Origin: Flaccisagitta enflata
Taxonomy: Eukaryota
DNA length: 64,000 bases
Direction: 5' to 3'
Assembly (NCBI GenBank): GCA_965153355.1
Contig: OZ231126.1
Span: 49,290,001-49,354,000 of the forward strand
Both the position numbers and the translations under genes were made by a program. Every line of letters starts with the position of its first letter. The first letter of the stretch is position 1. Positions 11,665 to 22,154 of the stretch are shown in pieces. The notes under the pieces are model-generated. The model was not told where the DNA came from. It saw nothing but the letters and a program-made list of their open reading frames with translations, and made no database searches.

Positions 11665-14600
11665 ACTTTGGAATCTTTATCAAAAGACCCTGAAATTGAT
11701 GACTTTCAGGATAACATTGTACCATCATTAGACAATGATGAAAGTGCAGCTGCGATGGTGAATGAGTTGCAAAATGATGGAGTCATTGATAAGGAACATG
11801 TTGACCTTGATTTGAAACATAAACTAGGGGAGGATTACTTTAGAAATGAAGATGTAAAAATTAAGAAATGTACTGCCCTTGCGGAAGAACAGAATGCTGT
11901 TTACAGAAGAAGACAGAGAGAAATTTTCTATGACATAATCAGAAGAGTGCAGTTGAGTATTCCTATTCAGATCATGATAATGGGTCCAGCAGGAACTGGC
12001 AAATCAAGATTGTTACAAGCCATAAACATGTGGGTTGACAATTTTTACTCAAATCTAAGGAGTAATGACCCAAACTCTGCCTATTCCATAATATGCGCGT
12101 TTACCGGAAATGCCGCTTTCAACTGTGGCGGTTTGACATTCCACAGCGCTTTAGGCATGAAAATTAACCAAAATCTTTCTGATGATTCTGTTTTTGGATT
12201 GATAAGCGACAAACGATTGCAGCAGTTGATTGATGCTTTTGCCAACATCAAATTTTTATGTGCGGATGAATTTACATATGTAGGGGCTCATATGAATACA
12301 AAAATCAACAAACATTTAAAAACAATAAAACAGACTACGAGTGATTATGGTGGACTTGACGCAGTTTTCTTTGGAGATCCTCGTCAGCTGGGCCCTATGT
12401 TCGATGACTGGATCTTTGAACCTGACAAGAAACATCCTTGTGGCCCTATTGTAGGGGACTTCTTGTTTAAAAGCTTTCAAAGTTTTACTTTGAGTGAGAT
12501 CATGAGACAGGATGATTTGGCTTACATTCAGGCACTAAACGATCTTTCTGATCCATCTTCTCCCATGAAGGCTGAGAGTGTGAAACTCTTTAAGACCCGG
12601 GAAATAAAAGAGGAAGCTATTAGTTATCTACCTAATTGCAGGGTTGATTATTTTCAAGAAAACAAAGATGTTGATCAACACAATCTTGAAACACTTGAAA
12701 AATTAGAAACTGCTAAGTATGACATTGACGCCATAGTCACACTGTTGGGTGATGCAACAAAAGATGTAAAGCAAACTCTTTTGACTAAGATAAAGACTGA
12801 TAATAATCCAAAAGCAACAATGGGTTTGCTTTTGCATCTATCGTTAAAGATTGGTGGCAGATACTTTATCCCCACAAACATTTGCATCAACGATGGTCTT
12901 GTCAATGGAGCGATTGGTACTCTTATGGACATTGACTTCAGCTCTAAAAATCACCCTTTGACATTGTGGGTTAAATTTGACAATGAAAAGGTAGGTGTTG
13001 ATGCCAGATCAAGAATTAGAAATAGCAGTAAGTATGCAAAGAGATGCAACGATGGTTGGACCCCCATTACTAAAGTAACAAAGCAATTTCCAACATCCCG
13101 AATAAAGATATTTGGAATGATAAAGCAATTCCCATTGAGTTATGGGTATGCCTTCACTATCGCTAAATGTCAAGGAAACAACAACATTGGCATACATACA
13201 GTGGTTCATTTGGATAAAAAGGCGTTGTCAAGGAGGGAACAATATGTGGCATTCTCAAGAAGTGATGAATTAGAGAATCTACACATTGTTGGTGCTTTCA
13301 CAGACCCTTACTACAAGGAAGCTGAACGGAGAAAGAAGAAATTTCCATTATTGATCACAGAGGACAAAGTTTGTAATGCGTTTAAAGAACTTGAAGAGAG
13401 AGGGGTTGAATTGGTGTGGAAACCATTGTACAAATTTCCGGGAACAGCATTAAAGCTTGTTTTTCATAATGTGAATAGCATTTTGCCGCATCTTGAAGAC
13501 ATTCTAATGGACTTAAGCACAATGGCGGCAGATGTTTGTTTTTTCTTAGACAGTCGGTTAAAGTCCTCAGATAATTTATCCTTAGATGGTTTTATTTTGA
13601 AAGATCAAATCACCATGGATAACTATTTAAGGATCCCTGGTGGAATTGTGATAATGGCTAAGCCAGATGTCAATGTAGAGATTCTTCAGAAAATACATGA
13701 GAAAACTGATGGATATCATGGAACTGCTATAACCTGCAAGATAGATGGTACAATAATTGTTGCTGTTTATTTCAGTCCAAAGTGCCCTTTAAGCTTTGTA
13801 CACACTTGCATGAAAAAAGCTTTAAACAAATGTAATGATTTTCCAAAGATATTGATAGGGGGTGACTTCAACCACAAGGATGACATAGCATGTTTGTTGG
13901 AAAAAGGATTTAGCAATTGTATAGCCCTCCCAACGACTAAATGGATGACCCGTATTGACCATTTGTATGCCAATTTTGATACAGAGATTTTAGCATGGGT
14001 TAATCCTAGTTACTTTTCTGACCACCATAGTATTGTCGCCATCTTGAATTTGGATGATGACACTATCATGACCGACACTGGAGACAAGCCTCAATTCAAA
14101 GGACAATATGACAGTTTGAAAGACCTTGGTGAAAGTAAGTTGTCTGAAAGATGCGATCATCAACCCATCGATTCTTTTATTGAAGAAAATAGTACTGCAA
14201 CTGGACAAACTAGTTGCATTTCTTCAGCAAAATTCTTTCAGGGATTACAAAACCAACACAATACTTGTTGGTTGAATTCTATTTTTCAGGCGTTGTGGGC
14301 AATTTTTTCAGTTGACATCAAGTTTACAGCTACTGATAGTACTGATATTTGTAGCGCTATATTTAATTGGATATTAAGTAAGGGCAATGTACATTTTGAA
14401 AAACTTGATTTATACACTGAGAAATTATTTGATGTTTCTATCAAACAAGCTTTCTTGATGTCAATCGGAAAATTTGAGGAATGGCGATTGAAGAGTCAAG
14501 AAGATGCTGTTGAGGCGTTTCAAGAGTTAATCAATAATTGTGATAGTTTGTCTCCTTTAGGTCATTTTCAGATTGAAACTTATCATTGTCCAAATTGTGA

Positions 14601-15108
14601 ATCTGAACAATCAATCAGATTGAGAGAAACAATTGTGTCAGTTTTTTTTCATCAAAAATTCATTAAACAAGGTAAATTTGATTTAAATGATGCTTTGAGG
14701 AACTTATTTAATCAGTTTGAAAATTCAGAAAAAGTTTGCAATGAAACAGAATGTAAATTTCAGTGTCTAAGAAAATTAGTGATAGATGGGAAACCAAGAT
14801 TTCTTATGGTGAATTTGAATCGAGCAGGACCAAACAACGCAAAAATCAATACTGCTTGCATAGTTGCTGAAAATTTAGTGATCAACACTACAGAGGGTCC
14901 AACTAGTTTTGAACTTATCTCTGTTATTAAACATATTGGATCTCATGCAAATGCTGGACATTATGTATGTTACAGGAAATCAAGGGATGTGTGGTTTGAA
15001 ATTAATGATGCATCCATTACCTCAACTAGTGTTTTGGCGTTGGAGAAAGCAAATCTCTTCATTTACAAACAGAAGGTATCACATCAGCATCCTGACGCCC
15101 AACAGTGA
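11665..15108 (+). CDS. Helentron RepHel C-terminal part: PIF1 (SF1B) helicase + AP/EEP endonuclease + USP-like (C19) cysteine protease
   Basis: Helicase motifs GPAGTGKS, ADEF, GDPRQLGP, IMRQ, TIAKCQG, YVAFSR. EEP motifs HNVN, AVYFSP, GDFN, IDH, SDH (~13450-14045). USP Cys box GLQNQHNTCWLNSIFQAL, QEDA, His box HIGSHANAGHYVCY...WFEIND (~14240-15070). Confidence 0.92.
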   Translation, partial: TLESLSKDPEIDDFQDNIVPSLDNDESAAAMVNELQNDGVIDKEHVDLDLKHKLGEDYFRNEDVKIKKCTALAEEQNAVYRRRQREIFYDIIRRVQLSIPIQIMIMGPAGTGKSRLLQAINMWVDNFYSNLRSNDPNSAYSIICAFTGNAAFNCGGLTFHSALGMKINQNLSDDSVFGLISDKRLQQLIDAFANIKFLCADEFTYVGAHMNTKINKHLKTIKQTTSDYGGLDAVFFGDPRQLGPMFDDWIFEPDKKHPCGPIVGDFLFKSFQSFTLSEIMRQDDLAYIQALNDLSDPSSPMKAESVKLFKTREIKEEAISYLPNCRVDYFQENKDVDQHNLETLEKLETAKYDIDAIVTLLGDATKDVKQTLLTKIKTDNNPKATMGLLLHLSLKIGGRYFIPTNICINDGLVNGAIGTLMDIDFSSKNHPLTLWVKFDNEKVGVDARSRIRNSSKYAKRCNDGWTPITKVTKQFPTSRIKIFGMIKQFPLSYGYAFTIAKCQGNNNIGIHTVVHLDKKALSRREQYVAFSRSDELENLHIVGAFTDPYYKEAERRKKKFPLLITEDKVCNAFKELEERGVELVWKPLYKFPGTALKLVFHNVNSILPHLEDILMDLSTMAADVCFFLDSRLKSSDNLSLDGFILKDQITMDNYLRIPGGIVIMAKPDVNVEILQKIHEKTDGYHGTAITCKIDGTIIVAVYFSPKCPLSFVHTCMKKALNKCNDFPKILIGGDFNHKDDIACLLEKGFSNCIALPTTKWMTRIDHLYANFDTEILAWVNPSYFSDHHSIVAILNLDDDTIMTDTGDKPQFKGQYDSLKDLGESKLSERCDHQPIDSFIEENSTATGQTSCISSAKFFQGLQNQHNTCWLNSIFQALWAIFSVDIKFTATDSTDICSAIFNWILSKGNVHFEKLDLYTEKLFDVSIKQAFLMSIGKFEEWRLKSQEDAVEAFQELINNCDSLSPLGHFQIETYHCPNCESEQSIRLRETIVSVFFHQKFIKQGKFDLNDALRNLFNQFENSEKVCNETECKFQCLRKLVIDGKPRFLMVNLNRAGPNNAKINTACIVAENLVINTTEGPTSFELISVIKHIGSHANAGHYVCYRKSRDVWFEINDASITSTSVLALEKANLFIYKQKVSHQHPDAQQ

Positions 15109-15186
15109 AAGAAGGTATGACGCTGGAGAAAGAACGATTCAACAATTCATTGTTGAATAGATGAATTAGTTATCTTTGGATAACTA

Positions 15187-15743
15187 CAGGGTGTTTCACA
15201 TCAAATGATAAATAAGAAAATGATGTCATTCTGCTTCTGAAAATGAGGAAACAATTTTGTAAAAAGATTCATAAAGCTCTTAAACACCAATTTTTCTTGT
15301 AAAAATTTCATTTATTTAAGTTGAGTAGTTTAGCCACAATATAGATTTGAAGTAAAATAAATATTTACAGTCAATGTGTTTTTCATCCTGGAAGCTTTTC
15401 TTTAAATCATTCTCACGTCTAAACGGTTTGAGCTATAGATGCCAGATTGGACTGAAATGAAAGAAAATTAGAATATCTTTTATTTGAGACCAATCTGGCA
15501 TCTGTAGCTCAAACCGTTTAGATGTGAGAATAATTTGAAGAAAAACTTCCAGGATGAAAAACACATTGACTGTAAATATTCATTTTACTTCAAATCTATA
15601 TTGTGGTTAAACTACTCAACTTAAACCAAAGAAATTTTTACATAAAAAAAAGAGTTCAATGTATCTATTTTCAGAATAGTTGTTTTTTTTTAAAAGCAGA
15701 ACAACATTGTTTTCTTATATATCATTTGATGTGAAACACCCTG
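15187..15743. mobile_element. Tc1/mariner-type MITE (near-complete palindrome, TA target duplication)
   Basis: TA|CAGGGTGTTTCACATCAAATGAT ... ATCATTTGATGTGAAACACCCTG|TA; internal arms ~15300-15450 vs ~15490-15640 also inverted. Confidence 0.88.
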
Positions 15744-16057
15744 TACAGTGGTTAAGGGGTAACTTTCTAGTAACCCAATCAGGTGAATATCCATAATCTG
15801 TTTGTTTGTGTACTTCAAGCTGTTTGACCTTTTAAGGAAAACAAAAGCCACAGGGAACCAAGGGCAACCCAAGGGGCGGGGGTTACCCTAACAGGTGAAT
15901 GTCCACTATTTTGTCTGTTTATGTATCTCTGAATGCTTGTCCAAAAGTAAAGTGGTTGAGGGGACAACTTTCGAGTTACCCAATCAGGTGAATGTCCATT
16001 TTGCAACTGATGGCCTTCTGTAACGAATGGCTAACTCGGGAGTCACGCCCTTTCTTA

Positions 16058-16671
16058 CCGGGTCATCCACCTGAGTTGTCGGATTATGTTAAGCTTTTAC
16101 TAAAAAATGGTAGCAGTCATGTATTTGAAATTGATCTAGTCTTAAAGAGAATACTTTGACGTTTTTTGTATCAAAATTTCATCCATTTTGGTCAAGTAGT
16201 TTGTCTATTGCATAGATTTGAAGTAAAAGCTGATGTTCTCCCCGTGCACCAATTTTTCCTGAAAATCAAGAATCTTGCTTGCCTTGATTTTCAATATTTT
16301 TTTCACAAAATCACTCCAAAGAGACCAGATTAGTCTTGAATTAAGGATAAATTGAAAAACAGATATTTGATTTGTTTGAATCGTCCATTACTCAAGGCTT
16401 ATCTGGAATAATGGCTCAGATTACTCAAAAAAGAAATGCAATGTTATCATGAAAAACTTTGGATTTTGATGGAAAATCTGCTCAGTGGGAAAACATGAAG
16501 TTTTACTTCAAACCCTTGTAAAACACAAACTACTTGACCAAAATGGATGAGATTTTGATAGAAAAAACGTCAAAGTATACTCTTTAAGACTAGATCAATT
16601 TCAAATACATGACTGCTACCATTTTTGAGTAAAAGCTTAACATAATCCGACAACTCAGGTGGATGACTCGG
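16058..16671. mobile_element. Second TA-flanked MITE with ~145-bp terminal inverted repeats
   Basis: TA|CCGGGTCATCCACCTGAGTTGTCGG ... CCGACAACTCAGGTGGATGACTCGG|TA. Confidence 0.88.
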
Positions 16672-18277
16672 TAGCTGAGGAAGGTAGGAGGAAATGTCTT
16701 AGCATTTTTAACCATTTTAGAGTGTTGAGTATGTTCAGATATATCTTACCCTTTAGAAAATTGGGTGAGATACATCTAGATGTATTCAGTACCCTAGAAC
16801 AGGTAACAATGTCAATGCATTTTTTCCTATCTTCCATGGCTAGAAAAGGGCGTGGAGTTACCTGACCAGCTGAATGTCCATCAAGTCACGAAGCAAATCC
16901 ACTAATGGTTCCTGAAATTGTTCTTGCATAAATGACTGCTGTACATGACTCAGACGCCACGAAGAGAAGAGATGAAATCCATTCATTCATTCAATCATTC
17001 ATCCTTTCATTTACAGATTTGTTTTTTTAGGCAGACTAGCTTTAAACATCTAGATACCTTGAATACACGCCTAACGTGGTTTTAAGGTTAATGCAAGGTA
17101 GGTAGGTGGAACTCCAACAGTCTCCGCCTTAATGAATGGACCTCAAAGCTTGACTAGTAAATCAGTTTCTTTATAAATAAGTCTTGCAGTTAACTAATTG
17201 TTTTATCAACTTTAAAGGTGGAAATTCTTGCTAGTTTAGAAATTTCATCAATCCTTTAGTCAGTTTACCATCTAAAAAGTTACTAGTTAAGTGACGTTTA
17301 AAGAAAGTAGAAAAACAGCAGTTAATAGTGAAGTAATATCTAAAGACAGTAGAAAACTTGTCCAATCATTAAGGTTGCCTCCACGTGGAGAGTTCTGGCG
17401 CGGAGGAAGGACGTACCAATGTGTCCCTCCTTCCTCTTACAAAAGAGACTATTTCAGATACATTCAAATCAAACATTAAGATCATCAAGAACAGAACAGG
17501 AAACAGACATTGGGCATGGGCTCAAGAGGTGTTTGGCGTATGTTGGACGTTAAAACTATGGAAGAGGACGTCAAACCATTGGCAGCTTCAGGTGGTTGGC
17601 AATAATGTCTATTGTGATAGTAAGAGTGTGGCTGGTTTTGAATGATGATAACAATGAAGCAGACAAGGGTTAACTTTGCTTTAGGAGATAATATGATTCT
17701 GTTCTATCCTTGAGCTATTCTTATTTCTGAATAATCAGGAGAGCAGTTCTGTTGAAAAGAGTGCAAACAGCTCGGAGAAAAAAGCAAGGGAAGGAGAAAA
17801 GATATGGAACTGGCCTCTTGATTGGAATGTCGGCTTCAAGGTTTGGATTTTGTTGTTGTATTGTTGTGGTTTGCAGGTGAATCTTAACGGGAAAGTTTAA
17901 AATTGAGTTGGACTGAACTTATAGTCAGTAAATATTGCATTTAACAGGAATGGGAACATTGCCCTTATTAGATGGATAATGAGGAAACTTGGTGTTGGAA
18001 GCATGGAGAAAGAGTGCAGATCATCTTCAGATGAATCCGATTGTGACACAAAGACAATGAACCGGACAAAGCTGGTTAAAGGGGAAATGCTTCATATACT
18101 TTATAAGATTAATGATACTGAATGACATCCTATATTACCTTCTTTTAGCTCCCTATCAAGCTCTTTGCCCTAGAATATAGATGGTTGATACTATCTGACA
18201 ATCATAGCTCTTGAGTCTGGGGGTATGAAATATGGGTTTCAAGGCTTGTCATTAGGCTGGAAGTGAAATTTGGACAT

Positions 18278-19105
18278 GGTCAGCAGGCCCCGAAGGACCA
18301 GATGACCTACGCTTGGCATGGGATTTGAGACTTGGGACTAGGATTTGGGCCTACAAAAAAGGATTTGAGCCTTGATGATTGAATCTGGGCCTTGAGGCTG
18401 AGGTCTGAGTCTAGAGGCTGGGTTATGCGTTTGAAGTCTTGGGGAGGAGGGAGTATTAAGAAGAGGGCTAAAAATTGGGTCTCCAGGTTGAAAGTAGGGC
18501 TTCAAGGCTTGGTAGGACTAGGATTTGGGACTAGGGAGCAGGATTTGAGCCTTGAGGCTGGAATCTGGGCTCTTGGAGCTCTTGGAGAGAGGGAGTATTA
18601 AGAAGAAGGCTAGATATTGGGTCTCCAGGCTAAAAATTTGGGTTATAAGGCCAGGATATAGGCCTTGAGGCAAAGATTTGGATGGAGTTAGGGTCTTTGG
18701 GCTGGGCCAGGTTTTGGGCTTCTGGGCCAGGTTTTGGGTCTGTAGGCTGAGATTTGAGTCCTGAGACTGGGAATTTGAGCCTCAAGGCTGAATTTGAGCC
18801 TCAGCTGGGATCTGGGCAACAGAGATTGGGATTTTTCGCCTCGGGTTGGGATCTGAGCCACAAGGTGGGAGGGTGATGGGAGTTATGGTCTTGGGGCAGA
18901 TGTGAGCTTTGGGCTGAAATATGGGAAGCAAATTTTTTACATGGTCAGCAGGCCCAGAAGGACCCGTTTACCTACCCTTGACATGGGATTTGAGACTTGG
19001 GACTAGGATTTGGGACTAGGGAGTCGGATTTGAGCCTTGAGGCTGGAATCTGGGCTCTTGGAGCTCTTGGAGAGAGGGAGTATTAGGAAGAAGGCTAGAA
19101 ATTGG
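18278..19105. repeat. Dispersed element (family B) with ~20-bp minisatellite (GCTGGGATTTGAGCCTTGAG-like)
   Basis: Begins with a GGCCCCGAAGG hairpin-like motif also seen at 1-25, ~4895, ~43960 and ~59872. The same minisatellite recurs at 23460-23880, 24400-24490, 44060-44150 and 44680-45095. Confidence 0.7.
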
Positions 19106-20789
19106 CAGGTTCGTTCACATTTAGATCAAGATCTATGGTAATGCCATCTTTGTAACATTTGGTAAGTGTTTCAGATGGCACTTTGTTCATTCCGATTAAT
19201 TCTGATAATCTCATCGGTTCTTCATCCACAGGTAACGCAGGTGGTATTTGGGTATTTTGATCATTGCGTTCCTGTTCCTCGAGGTTTTTACTGTATTCAC
19301 TAATGCTTTCCTTTATAGGTTCTTCGCGGGCTACGAGACCGTCTGTTTGACCTTCGGAAGCATTTTTATATATAGATATATCTGGTGGGCGCCCTTTCTT
19401 CAGCCTTTTGGGTCGACCCGGCGGGCGCCTGTCGTTGTCATTTTTTTTTTTGACTTAACATTGCTTGCTCAAGTTCGCTGATAGGCGATGATCACTGTAC
19501 TCTGTCCAATTGACTTTATCAGGAGTTTTCTTATTTACAGGCATGCCTGATTGTTCGGTACCTGCGAGTGGAATATTTTCATCTCAGTTTTCACTTCTTA
19601 TTGAATATTTGTGCGCGATATTCTCGATTATTTGGTCTTCCACGTGGTCGCACGCCCGAAACGCTTTAAGCGCGTGGGAATCATTGGAGCCGGAGGCGTC
19701 AATCCTACCTCCTTTGGCTTTTTCGGCGCTGCTTTGGCTGCCGACTTCAATCGCTGCGCTATTCATTAACCTACAGGTAGGATCATTTTCCGAATGCATT
19801 CTTTTTGTGTATGAATGTTTGTCGACTAGTGATTTGATAGTGCACTCATTCACGTAGTATGTTTTTGATTTGGCGCCTTTTTCAACTTTAGAAGCATTAT
19901 TTATTTTGGCCTTTTCATTTCTTATTTGTCTGAATGCTTCTTGTATGTCATGATAATCAAATGCCATGACCGATCTGTGATTTATGGTGTCAGTACATGG
20001 TTTCAATTCACCAAGTGGTGTACCATTTTTCATTAACAGCTTTTGGTCTGTTTTTTTCTCGATTGTTATAACAATTTCTTTTTCTGGTGACCATACTATC
20101 ATCGATGGAATGTATATGTCATCGTTGTCATTGTCGTATAGTGATAACAATGATTGCTTTTCATGTTTTGTTGGTTTCAGATCACATCTGCTTATGATAT
20201 CTGTTGTGCTGTTTGGTTTCAATATGCAATCTTGCTTTGACCTTATCCAATTTATCCGCGTGTTATCACTGCGGATTTCATTGTTAGATTTTGCTTGGTC
20301 AATTCTGTTATGCAAGAACTCATCTGATGTGCTTTCATTGTTTGCAGTTTTCATTGATCTTTGATCAACATAGAATTTTTCATTTTTGGTATTAATTGAT
20401 AAATTCAATTTTGGGTCCCTTAATAGGTCTACGCCTATTATAGGTGCCTTAGTTTTGCATAGGTAGAATTTCAAGTTCACTGCAACGTTACCAACATTAA
20501 TTTTCAATGATACAGTCTTTCTTAAAATCTGTATTGACTTGCCATCAAATGATCTTATTTTGATATTCTTTCTTAGATTGGTGGTTTTACCATATCTTTT
20601 CCATGAGTGTGAGATAAGGCTTAAGTCTGCCGCTGTATCAATGAAAGCACATAGTATTCTTCCTTCCACATATCCACTCACATAATATTTCCCTGATAAA
20701 TCATCTATTGTATTGATTGTTACCGTTTTCCGTTTCGTGTCCGTTTCTGTTTTCTTTTTGATCTGTCCTGAATCTTTGCTTGCAGCTAG
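19106..20789 (-). pseudogene. pol: Truncated, frameshifted copy of Gypsy pol 5' part (aspartic protease + spacer)
   Basis: Near-identical to 47740-49411; motif FIDTAADLS; frame broken at ~19584 and truncated at ~19106. Confidence 0.9.
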
Positions 20790-22154
20790 TCATCTTTTGC
20801 TAGCATGCTCGCTGAGAATTTGCAAGCATTCTCGCCTCTCTTCCGGGCGTTTGTTACAGTTGAATGCATAGTGCCTATTTTCATTTTCATCAAACTCTTT
20901 CTCACAGAACGGACATGACCTGTCATAACTCGCCGCAGATTAAATCTGTCAAGGCGTGCTCTCTGGAAAGGCAACCTGTGCAACCATTGAGCCCAAATTC
21001 TTTCATTTTCTTTCTTGTGGATTCCTCTTTAGATGGGCCGTAATTTCCATTTGATCTGCCATTATTCGCAGCGGCAACTCCTCTGCCTCTGCCACGACCT
21101 CTGTTTTGGAATCTCACTGTTTTTCCTGATCTGTGGCTTGAGTTGCTTCTTGATCTAGATGAGTAGCGTGATCCAGAGCTGGGTCTCGATCTCGAGCTAC
21201 CCCGTGATCTCGAGCTGAATCTTGAGCTTGACCGTGACCCTGCCCTAGATCCACTTCTTGATCTCGAGAATCTTTTTGATCCATAGCTGGATGATCTGTT
21301 TCGGCTCATTGATCTCGATCTGCCGAATTGAGTCCTATCGGCCGAGGCTACAGACCTTTGGCCTTGGCCTCTAAATATCAGGCCTCTGCCTCTTGCGCGG
21401 CCTCGGAAATTTCCCGATTGACCTCTACCGAATGATCCGTTATTTCTTGCGTTATTCATTGATCTGCTCTGGAAGTTATTTCTGTTGTATCTTCCAAAGC
21501 CCCGTCTGTTGTTGTTGTTGTTAAATTGCTGGTTGCCACGGCCTCTACTTGCAATTTCTTTTCTTCTTGCTGCTTCCATTTTCAGATTTTTAGCCATTTT
21601 GCTTGCATATTCTCTTACGTCTGCAAGTGATCTCTCTTCGCCGTAATCATGGTATCTTACTTTTTCTCTCAGTTCATCGCTGTGGATACCATCTACGAAA
21701 GCTTCGACGGACTCGTCGATCGGTCTGTCCAATTCGGAATGGACTGCAACATGTTTCTCATAGTATGTCTCTATCGAGTCGGACGGGAGTTGACAGTGCC
21801 ACCGGGCCACCAACAAGGTATGTTGGTAAATATTAGGCCACTGTGTGGTGATGAAGATTTCACTGAAGTGTCTGAATGAGCGAAATGTGCAAGTGAGTTT
21901 TAGCATGCCTTCAAGTGTATGGTTGTAGCCCTCTGCCATGGTGTTGAAGACTGCTATGATTGTATACATTCTGATCTTGTCATTGCCTGCTAATTTCATA
22001 GTGTGGATGAATTCTCTTATCATCCTTTTGAAGTGTAGAATCTCATCTTTTCCTTTTGGAGTTTTGAAAGTGATTTTCTCACAAGCTTTCATTAAATAAC
22101 GGTATTGTGGCATATCTGTTGACCCACCACAGATGTCACCATCAGTTTTATGCA
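20790..22154 (-). pseudogene. gag: Gypsy gag core (capsid + RS-rich + Zn knuckles), inverted copy with a frameshift near 20950
   Basis: Near-identical to 46423-47739; the C-terminus diverges after LSREH owing to an indel. Confidence 0.88.

Larger units (their letters stand above)
6490..15108 (+). mobile_element. Autonomous Helentron (Helitron2-like) rolling-circle transposon, coding region; termini not determined
   Basis: Rep HUH + PIF1 helicase + AP-like endonuclease in one reading frame is the Helentron architecture. Confidence 0.92.
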
